Below are positions 23,641 through 35,255 of a DNA stretch of 64,000 bases, one piece after another; within the stretch, counting starts at the first letter, position 1, and each line of letters starts with the position of its first letter. The translations under genes and the position numbers were made by a program. The stretch spans positions 124,001 through 188,000 of the forward strand of contig RSEE01000017.1 in the NCBI GenBank assembly GCA_003971905.1, in the 5' to 3' direction. A model generated the notes under the pieces. The model searched no databases. It was not told where the DNA came from and worked only from the letters and a program-made list of their open reading frames with translations. This DNA is from Moniliella sp. 'wahieum' (taxonomy: Eukaryota).

Positions 23641-26076
23641 ATGCCGCTGCCGCCTTTGGCGCAGTTCGTCGACGGGCTCTCCGAGAGAGATGCACATCGC
23701 GCCCACGCACTTGAATCCGCGCTGGAGCAGGTCGAACTGCAAATCACCAGCTTGCGCAAAGAGCAGCGCCGCCTCCTCGCCGAGCGCCAAACCCTTGCCG
23801 ACCAGGCTCTTCGCGCCCTCGAGCGCCAGGGCGGGCGCACCAACCGCCCGCCCCGCGCCGTCGATTATTCCAGCCCCGTGAATGCCGACGCAGCTGGCGT
23901 TGTAAGGGTGGCCAAACAGTACTGGCCTGGCTTTCAGCAGTTCCGGTACTGTCAACAAGGTGTCCTCCGTGCCGTCTTGGACCGGCGTCACGTCTTTGTC
24001 GTCATGCCAACGGGCGGAGGGAAAAGTTTTTGCTACCAACTTCCGGCACTGTTGCAGCCGGGCGTCACACTCGTCATCTCTCCCTTGGTCAGTCTCATGC
24101 ACGACCAAGTCGAGCATCTTCGCGATCAAGGCATCCCTTGTGACCTGATGACGGCGGCCACCCCACGCGAAGACAAGACGCGTCTCAACCGCTTGGTCCG
24201 CAGCATGACATCGGAAAACAACCCACCTATTGCTGTTTTGGGCTCCAAGACGGTTGCTGCCCTGGTGGACGAGGACGAGCGCCCGCCCAAGCTGCTCTAC
24301 GTGACGCCTGAACAGCTGACCAAGAATAAGACGCTGCGCGCGGCGCTGCAAAACGCCGAGGAGGCGGGCGCCTTGGCACGGATCGTAATCGACGAGGCTC
24401 ATTGCTGCAGTCAGTATGGCCACGACTACCGTCCCGACTATCGCAAGCTCGATCTGCTCACCAAATTCTTCACCCACACCCCCCTCTCCTGCTTCACCGC
24501 CACCGCGCCCTATGCCGTGGTCGAAGATGTAATTGAATGTTTGGGCATACCCCAGCTTACCCCAGCTGACCAGGCCTTGCCCAATGGAACGGTGCACTTT
24601 ACTAGCCCCCTAATCCGACCCAACCTCACATATTCGGTCTTGCCGAAAAACACTGGGAAGGACGAGTATGCGGATGTGGCGAATTACATTCTCTCCTGCC
24701 ACCAAGGCAAGACAGGTATGTGCCACCTCCTCTTTGATAATGTGCCCTGCTAACATTCGACATTGTCCGCAAACAGGCATTGTCTATTGCCTTAGCCAAA
24801 AGAATACGGAGGACATGGCCAAGCACCTCACCCAACTCAGTGAGGGCAAGATTCGTGCTCGGCCCTATCATGCAGGTATGGCAGACACTGACAAGACGCG
24901 GGTCCACCAACGCTGGATAGAAGGGCAGGTCCATGTCATTTGCGCCACAACCGCATTTGGAATGGGCATCGACAAACCCGATGTGCGCTACGTCGTGCAC
25001 GCCACCACACCCACCTCCATCGAGGGGTTGTACCAAGAGTCGGGGCGAGCCGGACGGGATGGGGAACCGGCCGAGTGTGTTCTCTTCTACCGTCCGCAAG
25101 ACGGGGTGCGAATCGCCAGTGTGGCCTCCGATTCGCCAGGCGGCAGCGATAAGGTGCGGGGCGTGCTGGAGTACAGCCAAACACTCGAGTGTCGCAAGGT
25201 GTTTTTCAGCCAGTATTTCGAAGACGCGCACAGCGACCTATCTCCCTGTGGAACGTGCGATAATTGTGTGGGGCATGACGAGTTGGGCATGCGCGACGCC
25301 AGCGTTGAGGCATGGAAATCGCTCCATGCTCTGGCTCGGATCAAGTTAGACCAAGGCCGCGTCACGCTTGGTCAGCTCACCGACCTGGTCCGAGGGAACA
25401 ACCGCGGTCGATACGAAGTTCTTGGTGGGCCAGATGGGCGCTCCATCCCGATCAGTCCAGCCGTGACAAGTGTCAAACCGCCGGGCAACTTGTCCAAGGT
25501 GGGTGTTGTGGATATGAACGACTTTGGGGGCAAGGTGCTCTGACCAAAACCAATACTGAACGCCTCTTGGTCGAACTTTGGGTTCGGGGCCATATCCGTG
25601 AAGAATACGTCCAGACACCACACACGGTGAATGTGTATCTCGACCTGGGGATTGAGTCGTGGGCGCTCCGCAAGATGACTCTGAAGCAAGTGGAGGAGAT
25701 GGTGCGTACGGGCCAAGGTAAGGAACGCGTGTGTGTGAGCGTGTACGGCAAAGACATGGATTCTCCCGCGCGCCAGGGCGAAGCCCTGAAATCCAAACCG
25801 CGGACTACAAAGACCAAGCCCAACGCCAAGACCGAGTCACGAGGGGAGAAACGCCGCCCCCGCCAGTCCCATTCCATCACCCGTGCACCCCATTCGGCCG
25901 TTGTCTTGAACGATGAAGAGAGCAGTCCGGACCAGGACGTGACGATCGCCGCCGACTCGTCCGACGAGGAGGCTTTGGCCGTGCGTACGCTCAAGCGCCC
26001 TGCCACTTCATTCGGCTTTCCAGCAAGCAAAGCTCCGCGCTATGAAATTGTCGACAGCAGTGATGACGAACCATAA
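23641..26076 (+). CDS. RecQ family ATP-dependent DNA helicase (RECQ1-like, no obvious HRDC)
   Basis: VMPTGGGKSFCYQLPAL, DEAHCCSQYGHDYRPDY, TATA, ATTAFGMGIDKPDVR, QESGRAGRDG, RQC zinc CRK...CGTCDNC. Intron 24716..24776. One shift near 25540. Confidence 0.95.
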
Positions 26077-26324
26077 AGCTTAACGCGTAATGATACCCTG
26101 ACTGGAGCAAGCAGCTCTGCCTACACGACTTCCCTTCGGTCCTCAGATAGACCTTCTACCGCAGGTATTCGTTTGCCTCGCGAACTGGAAATCAATAACG
26201 AGTCACAATAGGTATGTGGATACTGACTGGGAAGGATTGAGGCAGGCGAGTTGGAGAAGAGTTTGGAGGGGATGCAGAGAGCAGAGACAGCAAACGCTGT
26301 TGGCGGGGGAAATGAGCAGCAAAA

Positions 26325-26423
26325 AGCTCCAACTGGGATTCGAACCCAGGTTTCGGGAAGTTGTTATCGCGGAGGTAACCGGTAACTCAAAATCCCACTT
26401 CCTAACCACTGGAAGATCGGAGC
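26325..26423 (-). tRNA. tRNA-Gln (anticodon TTG) with 27-nt intron
   Basis: GCTCCGA/TTGGAGC acceptor with discriminator T; D stem TTCC/GGAA; anticodon stem TGGGA/TCCCG with loop TT-TTG-A^T; CTGGG TTCGAAT CCCAG; oligo-T directly after. Confidence 0.88.
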
Positions 26424-26655
26424 TTATGGTCCCGTGGCTGTAGTTTCGGAAATAGTCGTGTGAGATGCTTCTTGTCTCTTCTCCTCCCTCTCTATTACGC
26501 CCGTGTCATCTACTAACATCAGCGTTCAGCCATTCAGCTGCAATAACTTTCTCAAATTCTCCAAATGCCATGAATTCAAAGGAAAGCAGGGTTAGTATAC
26601 CAGGCCAGGGTTTTTATGGTGCGTATCGAAGTCAGAGGACTGCGGTGCAAAAAGG

Positions 26656-26739
26656 CGCCCCACGTGGGACTCGAACCCACAACCGTGAGATGGACCTCTG
26701 AATAAGAGTCTCAAATTCTACCGATTGAAATAGCGAGGC
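26656..26739 (-). tRNA. tRNA-Lys (anticodon CTT) with 11-nt intron, second copy
   Basis: Exons identical to 14838..14922; intron ttcagaggtcc vs ctgcagaggtcc; TTTTT terminator. Confidence 0.92.
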
Positions 26740-27131
26740 AAGATACCAGCATCCAAGTAGTTCAACTCGACTGATATTGATTTTGCACGTTTGGACAGTT
26801 TGATTGACGCCAATTCAATTCTTTTGTGCAAGATGCAATGCCACGATGTGCCTGCTGATGCCCTATCGCAATTTCCAGTACTGTCCTCTTCCACCTCCAA
26901 AACAAGCCACTAGCGCGGAAAACAAAGTAGAAGGAGATCTGAAAGTGGATTGTGGAGTACAAAAAAAGGTATACGAAACTCGAGGACCAGGGGGTGCTTT
27001 TACTTGGCAGAGACACAGCCAATGTTAAATAGATGGCCACGGCTGTGTATCAGAGGAAACCCTGCAGAGTGCACAATCAAGCCTCCCCATCCCGGTCCAC
27101 TCACAGAGGGGGGAACCAAGCGCGTCTGCAC

Positions 27132-28368
27132 TCAAAGACCTGTGTCAGGGCCCTCGAGCATCTTAACAATGAACCACGACGAAGCTGCAGCCGCGCCACC
27201 GACAGCCAAAGTTGTAAGGGCTGACCAAGCATACGACTTGGGCGATTCCTCTCCGCCCGTGACGCGGTGCTTGGCCATGCCAAACAAGAGCAGGGTAATG
27301 CCTGTGATGATCGTCGATGCCACCAGCCCCTGGAAAGCAGTGGCGAAGAAAAAGTACGGAGCGAGGGGAACCAAGCCTCCCAGAAGATAGACCAGGCCAA
27401 TGTTGATGGCCGAACGAGTAGAGCGTTCGGACGAGACGGGCTCCAACCCCTGTCCAAGACGTAGAAGGAAAGGCGTTACTCCCCGTCCGGCCAGCTCGTC
27501 CCGATCGCCCGCAGTCAATGAGGACTTGTCCAAAGCAATGCGCTGTTGTTTTGTCGCTTCAGCCTGCTGCAGCTGCATTGCCACTTGAGTTGCCACCGGG
27601 CCCACAATGCCATAGGGTGCCAAAATATCGAGCACCTCGGATTGGATTTGCTCATCGCAGCTCTGGGCCACACGGCCAGCGGTGTTGACCTCGCTATGAT
27701 CGTAGTGCTCCTTTTCGGCTTGGGCAGAAAGGTACCCACCAATGGCCATGCTGATCGCACCCGACGTGAGCTCGGCCACACCAGCAATGACAACAAGTCT
27801 GGATGAACCGACCGAGGAAAGGCCAGCAGTAAGAGCAAAGGGGACCTAATGGCGACATGGGTCAGTTGGAGAGTGGAGGGAAAGGTGTACCTGCCTGCAC
27901 ACCGTCTGCTTAAGGCAGGGTAAGATGAAGAAGGAAGGAACGACGTACCGTCAGGCCGTCAGACAGACCAATAATGATGTCACGGATTGTATCGGGGTCA
28001 ACCAGGGCACGTTTCTCTTCTTCTCCCTTGAGTTCACGGCAGCAGCGGCCATTGAGGATTGCACTGTTGCGAGCGCATTGGGAGCCCGGTGACTCAGGCT
28101 CAATGGGGATGGCCGTATGGAGGGGGGTACGCTTTACGGCGGCAGAGCACTTGCCGCTAGCGCACTTGCCCCCAGCACCTCCACAGCAACCAGAAGCGGG
28201 CCTAGCTGGGGCGCTAGCCCAAAGCAGCGGTTGGTGCTCGCCGGATTCTTGGCGCGGAGGCAAAGGCAAGGCCCCGTAGGTGGCAGATGAGCTAGCCTGG
28301 CTGTTGGGGGAAGACATGGAGTGGATGCTGCCGTTGCAGGCGGAATCGTTGTTGGAAGTACTGGCCAT
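27132..28368 (-). CDS. CCC1: Vacuolar iron/manganese transporter, Ccc1/VIT1 family
   Basis: IRDIIIGLSDGLT|VPFALTAGLSS, AELTSGAISMAIGGYLS, YLLGGLVPLAPYFF, TLAVGGAAAA. Intron ~27847..27948. TATAAA on the minus strand near 28455. Confidence 0.95.
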
Positions 28369-28714
28369 GTCGAAGGTGGTGGTAGAGTGATGAAGACGAA
28401 ACGAAGGGGGCTGTGGTCTGAGAGGATAACAGTGCGTCGGCGGGTTGCCGACTTTTTATATACCGCGCAGCGGGTACTTGGATCTTTTTAGCTTTTCGCG
28501 GGCATTTTGTTCGCGCAGCTGTCGCACTAGCCAGCGGGAGGCATTCCAACATCCCAATCTTCAGCCCTTTCGCTCCCGTCGAGGGAGGCTGCCGCAGTGG
28601 CTGCTGCCACCTTGGATTAGCAATGCGGGCGGATGACCAGCACGGGGGCTGTGTGCGTCCTGGCCTCCACGACCCTTTTCCCATTGGTCGTGTGAGACAG
28701 TCTACTTTATCGCT

Positions 28715-28787
28715 AGTCACCAGGTCACTGGTCGCCGGTCACCGGTCACTGGTCACTAGTCAAGCTAGTCACTAGTCACTAGTCACT
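28715..28787. repeat. Degenerate 7-bp tandem array (RGTCACY)n upstream of CCC1
   Basis: agtcaccaggtcactggtcgccggtcaccggtcactggtcactagtc...agtcactagtcactagtcact. Confidence 0.85.
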
Positions 28788-29227
28788 TGGCGTGTTGGGC
28801 CGGTGAGTGTGATGGATGATGTATGTGCAGGATGCATGATGCATGATGCACATGATGCATGATGGATGCTCGTCACGCGTCAGCTCTCCCTGAGCTCACC
28901 GGTCGCCCTGAGTGCAAGTGCCGAGCGAATGCGCTAGCTCCGCGGCTTGAAAGATTTTGTTTGTTTGGAAGGCGGTTTGTCACAGCAGCGCTTCGTAGCG
29001 CTTGTTATTCACCGGCGTCTTCTGGCCATGGCAATGCCGACTTCGGTCGACCTCGACCCCCACGGAGTACAGAGCCCTGGCAGCGGTTTCTCCTCGTCGG
29101 AAGATACCCCGTCTTCGCGTCGTCCCTCAACATAATATGCGCATCTGAGCAGCTGTACTAGATGGATGGGGCTAATGCATGAGATATGTACAACATTCGT
29201 TGGCAACAGCAGCTTAGAAGACGCTGC

Positions 29228-32079
29228 CTACGTCTGCTCCAACAGCATGGGGCGTACCTGCAAACCAGTGTGCCGGAGGCAGGTATGACATGCGATGGGT
29301 CAGCACACAGACCATAGAAGACGCACGGAGCAGGAAAGAATGAGTGGTGCAGCGATTCACGTACCAGCTCTAGGAACTGTGGGAGTAGCTTGGGGATCTC
29401 AAGTAGCTCTGGCTCTGGCAGTAGGCGAGGGTCGGGAATGCCCCCCTTCTCAAATGGCGATGTCTCTGCCTGCGCATCGGCCTCCATCTCTGTTGCCCCG
29501 CCGGTGGTGGTCGAATTAAATCCGAGGATGGAATGGCCAAACGTGTCTCCCTCGAGTCCTTGGCCACTCTGCGCCGCAAGCTGTCGACGAAGGCGTACCT
29601 CCCGCAGCCACTTGGCCTTGTACGCATGAAGGATCAACACATCCGTCTCGCGCAAAATCGCATCCCGCATCGGGTCCCACTCTTTCGGTAAAAGCGCCTC
29701 CATATCCACCTCGCCAATCCCTTGCCGTTGCGCCACATCGGCACTGGCGCCCTGGCCACGCAAAAAGTCAATAAACCGCTGCGCATAGTCGATTAGTCCG
29801 CCAAAGAGAACATGGCCCTTGACTTGGGTTTCGTGGATAAAACGATAGATAGCCTCCTCATGACGGCCGACGAGATCTTGGAAGACCTGGTACATAACTG
29901 TTGGGTTTTGTCGATAAACTGGCGCGGGAGAAAAGTCAGCGTGGCGCAACAAGATGGCTAAAGGGAACCTACCTTCCTGGTTGGCCTTGACCGTTTGGGC
30001 CAAGTCATCACAAAATGACTGTATGTCCCCCACAAAGTCGGAGGCATGCGCGTCACGGTAAATCAGCCAACGGCGTGATAAACATGGCGACCACATCGCG
30101 GAAGAGATCAGCGATAATACCCCCCGTGACCAACGACTCGAGCTGTTCATTGTCGTGGATCTTGAGTTGAGCAACCATAAGTGCATGGAAATCGTCCAGG
30201 AGTGTCGAAGGCCCAGTGAACTCACCTTTGGCTCGCGACACCCTGGCCTTCTCTACCCGCTCCGCCTGGGATGGCGACAAAGGCGGGCCACATACAGTGC
30301 TGGTCAGAACAACAACGGGGAGGGGGAGACGCTCCCGTTGAGAATGCATCTTGAGTTGCATTCGCTTCTCAGTCGGCAGGTCCACATATGCGCTTAACTT
30401 TTGGACCATCAGAGGGTCGTTAATCCGTAGCGCTGCGCTCTGTGCCATCGCGTGTCGCTGTTTCGTGCCCTCGGAAAGACTTGCGCCGCTTATGCGTTGC
30501 AACAACGACTTGCTCCCCAAGGGTTGCGCCAGAAATACGTTCATCACCCCTTTGATCATGGCCGCTGGGTTGGTAATGTGCAAAACAGCCGACAAAAGTG
30601 AATAGGGCATGAGAAAGTTGATTTTGCTGAAAGAGGCAAATGTCGCGCTCCCATTGTTCGAACCAATAAAGGACGTATAGAGCGAAGCGGCCATACTCAT
30701 CTTGACCCAACCCATCATCGCGCGGTAGTCCTCAGGTAAGTCCTTGAGCTGGGAAGTGGTACGAAACACTGAAAAGACCTTGTCGAGTCCATCAGGCTGG
30801 GACACTTCGTATTTGAGCTTGCTGAGCAACGACCGTAACTCCGCTGCTCGTACTTCACTCGCTTCAGCAAATCCTACTGTCGCTGTCTCCCGACGAGCGT
30901 CCATTTCGATCCGGAGAGAAGCGTCCTCCATCTCCGCCTCTGTAAGCTCAATCGGGGAGGCATGCAAAAATGAGTCGAGGGTCTTGCTCGTCCGCATCAC
31001 TGGTATCTCGGCCAAGTCGCGTAGGTAGGCACGTAACGATTGGCGATTGGTTTCCCGCGCGAAAACGGGAGAAGATGAGGCGGCGGACACATCCCGGTTC
31101 GGCGTGCTAGCACCGCTAGTTGGGGTGGAGTTGGAACTACTACTACCCAGAGTCAGGCCAAGTAATCTGTCGGACAGGGACTTGCTCACACTGCGTATCC
31201 TCTCATCAGGGGCAGGGTAGTCTTTGGGAGGGAGGTCAGGTACCCAGACCAGAGGTCCGACTTCTTTTTGAAGCCTGTGCTTGAGATGTTCAAAGTCAGT
31301 ATATGTACGGGCGACATAGGTGTCGTCCGTTCCTTTGCCCGCATTGGACGCAACAATAAACTGCGAATTAGCCAAGTCGGCCTTCTTGCCCGGCGCAGCG
31401 TGAGGTACGCGAACTGCAATAATGTTAATCGCCAGTGTGGCCACATCTTGCTCACCACTGACACCAGCCTGCTCGGCAGCCGTGATGGCCTGAAGATCTT
31501 GGTCGGTCAGCTCAACAACCTGCTCCGCCTCGCCTGGTGGGATGCCAGGTGGGGGCTTTGCAATGATAGCCGCAGCAAAGAGCAGCGTGACGTAGCGCTC
31601 CCCCGATTTGCGATTTTGCGGCGTTTGCTGGGCTCTTCGCGATCACCAGAATCGGAGATGTTGGACTCGTAGAACTCTTGGGCCAACTGTTGGACTTTGG
31701 GGAAAAAGCCAGCGGAGGCCTGCTTGACAAGGGGGAAGGTGAGGACCCACTGCTGGAAAACATAACGAAGAAAAGGCAGATCTGCGGCCTGGATGGGGGC
31801 GCCGGGGACCGGATGGAAGGGAGCGCCGAGCGCGGCCAGAGCATCTGAACGTACGGGTCCAGGCGGAAGGAGCGGGGGGAAAGGGGGGAGGGGAGGTTAG
31901 GGTCAAGCGAGTGACGGAAAGATGCAAGACGACGAACTATTCTGGTTGAGGATGGCAAGCTCGTGCTCGACCTGGAGCTGGACGAGGGCCTTCTTGAGGT
32001 AGTGAGTACGCAGCGGCGTGAGTACGCCGGGCGGGCCCGGGTACGGCGGCTGGCCTTGGGGCACCTGAGCCGGAGCCAT
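29228..32079 (-). CDS. PX-domain protein of the Ypr097w/Lec1 type (PX-associated + PX + DUF3818-like)
   Basis: LTPLRTHYLKKALV; PX core YVARTYTDFEHLKHRL...VPDLPPKD, RETNRQSLRAYLR; TNPAAMIKGVMNVFLAQPLGSKSLLQRI; DLVGRHEEAIYRFIHE. Last intron ~29259..29365, final exon VRPMLLEQT*. Confidence 0.88.
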
Positions 32080-32540
32080 GGCGCGCAGGTGGCCAGCGCC
32101 GCTGACCGCGAGGGGGCGAGCGGGAGCGGGGGCGGGGGGGACGGAGCGAGCCACGCGGGATGCTTCGTTGGAAGCTGGGCGTCGGAGGCGGTCGTGGGAT
32201 TCCCCCGATACAGCCGGCCGGGAGAGAAGAGAGAGAGAGCAGGCCACCTACTGTCTACTGCCGCCACCCACGGCCGAGATGCCAGATCACGTGACGCGCG
32301 TCATATGCGCTCACTCATGCATCATGGAGCTATCCAATATCACGCGCCCACACCATGACGTCCCCGTGGCTACGCTCGGCGGGAGCGGACTGGAGCACGC
32401 TGTGTCCTGTGGCGCTTGCTCAGTCGCTCGCGTCTCCCCGGCCGGGGTGCAGTGTGCGGACTCAACCCTAGCAGCCGCGAAGCCTGCTGCAGCCAGATTT
32501 GTTCCTCTGCTGCTGCTGCCCTGCTGCTGCGAGTGGCCAG

Positions 32541-32611
32541 AGTGACAGTCAGTCACCGGCACCGGTCACCGTCACCAGTTACCAGTCGCTAGTCACTAGC
32601 TACTAGTCACC
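32541..32611. repeat. Degenerate (RGTCACY)n array upstream of TOM20
   Basis: agtgacagtcagtcaccggcaccggtcaccgtcaccagttaccagtcgctagtcactagctactagtcacc. Confidence 0.75.
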
Positions 32612-32662
32612 TATCCCACAGCCTCCCCCTCCTCCACCACCACCACCTCCACCTCCGCCTCC

Positions 32663-33873
32663 ATGAAAGCATCAACTGCTGCCGCCGTCACTGGCCTGAC
32701 GCTCGCCGGCTGTCGTCGGTTACGCTGCGTATGTTTTTCTCTGCACCTGGCCGCCACACACTGCTGCTCCCTTCATTGGTGCTGACACATCTTCTCCAGC
32801 TACTTTGACTACCGCCGCCGCCATGATGCCACCTTCCGCCGCTCCCTGGGCAAGCAGTACAAGCGTCAAAAGAAGGCCGAGGCCAAGAAGGACGAGGAGT
32901 CCAAGAAGGCCACCGAAACTGCCATTGCTGCTGCTGTTCTAGCACGCGTGCCGCTCTTGCTGACGGCACCATCCCCAAAGACCCTGCCGCTCGCGAGGCC
33001 TACTTTATGGAGCAAATCACCATTGGTGAACTCCTCTTCAACCGCGGCCAGGACTTCCACCTCGACTCAGCCACTGCCTTCTTCCGTGCTTACAAGGTGT
33101 ACCCGCAGCCTTTTGAGCTGCTCATTATCCTCCAGAAGACGGTGCCACCCGAGGTGAACACGATCATTATGAAGATGGTCGAGAAAGACGTGATTTTGGC
33201 TAAGGGTGACGCTCCCTCCAGCTCGGCCAGCGCGTCCAACCGTGTCGATGAGGTTGATGATGAGGCCCCCAACGCCTCTAAGGACGACGCATCCAAGAAG
33301 GAGGAGTCCAAAGATGAGTCCAAAGATGAGTCCAAGGACGAAGAAGAAAGAGGGAGAGGAGGCCAAGGAGGCAGCCAAGCCTGAGTCTGTCTCCGGTTCC
33401 ACAAACGAGTGGGACGTAGTTTCCGCCACGTCGGATAAGCCGGAGGAGGAGGCTACCCTTGGCAAGGACTTTGGCGCGGCTGCTGAGCCGGTTGCGTCCA
33501 CCGCGCCGATTCACTTTGGTTTTGGCAGCGACAAGCCCACTGAGACTGCGGCTCCTGTTGAGACCCCCAAGGTTGAGGAGGCTGCCAAACCAGCTGAAGA
33601 GACCGGGACGCCCAAGGAGGACGTTCCTGCGCCTACTCCAGCCCCCGTGGAAGAGACTGCTCCTAAGGTGAGGAGCCTGTTGAGGAGATTGCTCCCAAGG
33701 CCGAGGAGCCTGTTGAGGAGATTGCTCCCAAGGCCGAGGAGCCTGTCGAGGAGATTGCTGCCACGACCGCGGATCCTGTTGAGGAGACACCCAAGGAGCA
33801 GAAGTCTGCCCTTGAGGAGCCTACAGGGGAGGTGGAGGAGCCCAAGGCCGAGGTAAGCGAGGAGTCTTCTTGA
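32663..33873 (+). CDS. TOM20: Mitochondrial import receptor Tom20 (MAS20 family) with long acidic C-terminal extension
   Basis: N-terminal anchor ...VGYAA|YFDYRRRHDATFRRSL (intron 32729..32799), EAYFMEQITIGE, FFRAYKVYPQPFELLIILQKTVPPEV. Tail read across two 1-bp shifts to ...EVSEESS*. Confidence 0.92.
33662..33759 (+). repeat. 33-bp coding tandem repeat x3 (PKAEEPVEEIA) in the Tom20 tail
   Basis: cccaaggccgaggagcctgttgaggagattgct repeated; the first unit is 1 bp short. Confidence 0.9.
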
Positions 33874-35255
33874 ATGTGAGCCGCACTCCTGAAAAAAAAG
33901 ACTTTGGGTGCGTCCAGTGCTGCCGGTATACGCCAGGATGGTTCTGCACGATTGAGCCGCCTTTCCTTTGTGGGGCCAACTGATCCTTCCTTTTGACAAG
34001 AATCACTCGTTGTCTCCCGTCCATCCGTAATATTCTCGCCACCGGCTACTTTTCATTTGTTGCACCTCCTGCATGGTGCCAGATCCAGCTTTGCACGCTT
34101 CGGGAGTTCTTCGTCCCCGAGGCAATGAATTTCACTTGCCTGACGCCTGACGCCTCACGTCTTTAATTGTCCATTCTCAACGCTCTTTCTGGTACCTTAG
34201 TGGGTCACGCCCGTCATAATACATTCCCTAACGTCCGTGTTGTTACACACATTGGCGCTGCATCATGATGCTTCACGGTACTGCATCACATAGTGAGCGA
34301 CAAGGATGGCAGCGTTCTAAATTAAAGTGCAATACTGAAACACATGGGGCACAGCACCAGGACAGAGTCCTCAGGGAAAACGCAACACGACACGCTTCTT
34401 TCCTCCGCAGAAGCAGGTCACCATATAGGATTAGAAAACGCGTTCAAATCTGCACGCTCGTGTCGTGATCGATTATCGATCGATCAGCCATATACCGTTT
34501 TCCCCGCGCTTCAAACACCCCAAGGTTAGCGATTCCATAATAGTCTGTAGCTCTACCGTGTGCCTCTCTGCTTTGCTCTCATCCATTTTCTTCGGAGAAG
34601 AGTACAAGTGACGGGGCGCTTTGATGTCGGCGAAGTGGGGAGCTCTCTGGGGCGCCAAAAGGGTCAGATTAACAGCAGAGTATGGGGCTCTCTGCAAAAT
34701 ACTATAACGAAAACGGACCCCCCACACAACCATCAGTGTGGCACTCCTTTCCGACCACACATGTCATCGTCAACCATAAACGATCCTGTTTGGGGGGGGA
34801 GGGGAAGCACAACCGGATATATTGAGTTGTATGCGTAAAAGGACCCGAGACAAGGCCCGTTATAGAAATGTATGGCTTCGTCTCTCCCATTGTTCTCACA
34901 ACTGGAGTGTTTCAATCCCAAACCCCCAGATTCTCGCGGGCTTTTTCGAGATGCCAATAGTCTAATACACATTGGTATGTGAGAGACCCACTCGAAAGGT
35001 CCACAGCTCAGCAAGCCCGTGACTACCATCACGTCCACAACATAGCATAGCACACCCTGCTCAATCCAGCATACTGTGTGAGCTGTAACTTAGGGCAGGC
35101 TGTACTAGGTTCTACAATGGCAGTAGCTGACCCTGGAGTCCTGAGTGATAAAGATTTCGAAGATTATTAGCGGAACAAGTTGAGTGAGAAGTGAATGTTA
35201 TTGTCAGGAGCTTGTCGAGGAAGTTGAGAGTACTATACGCATAAGTCATTCCATC

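Noticed and set aside
28550..28700. HapX/CBC bipartite site in the CCC1 promoter
   Set aside because: CCAAT boxes are present, but neither is followed by the RWT submotif at 12-bp spacing.
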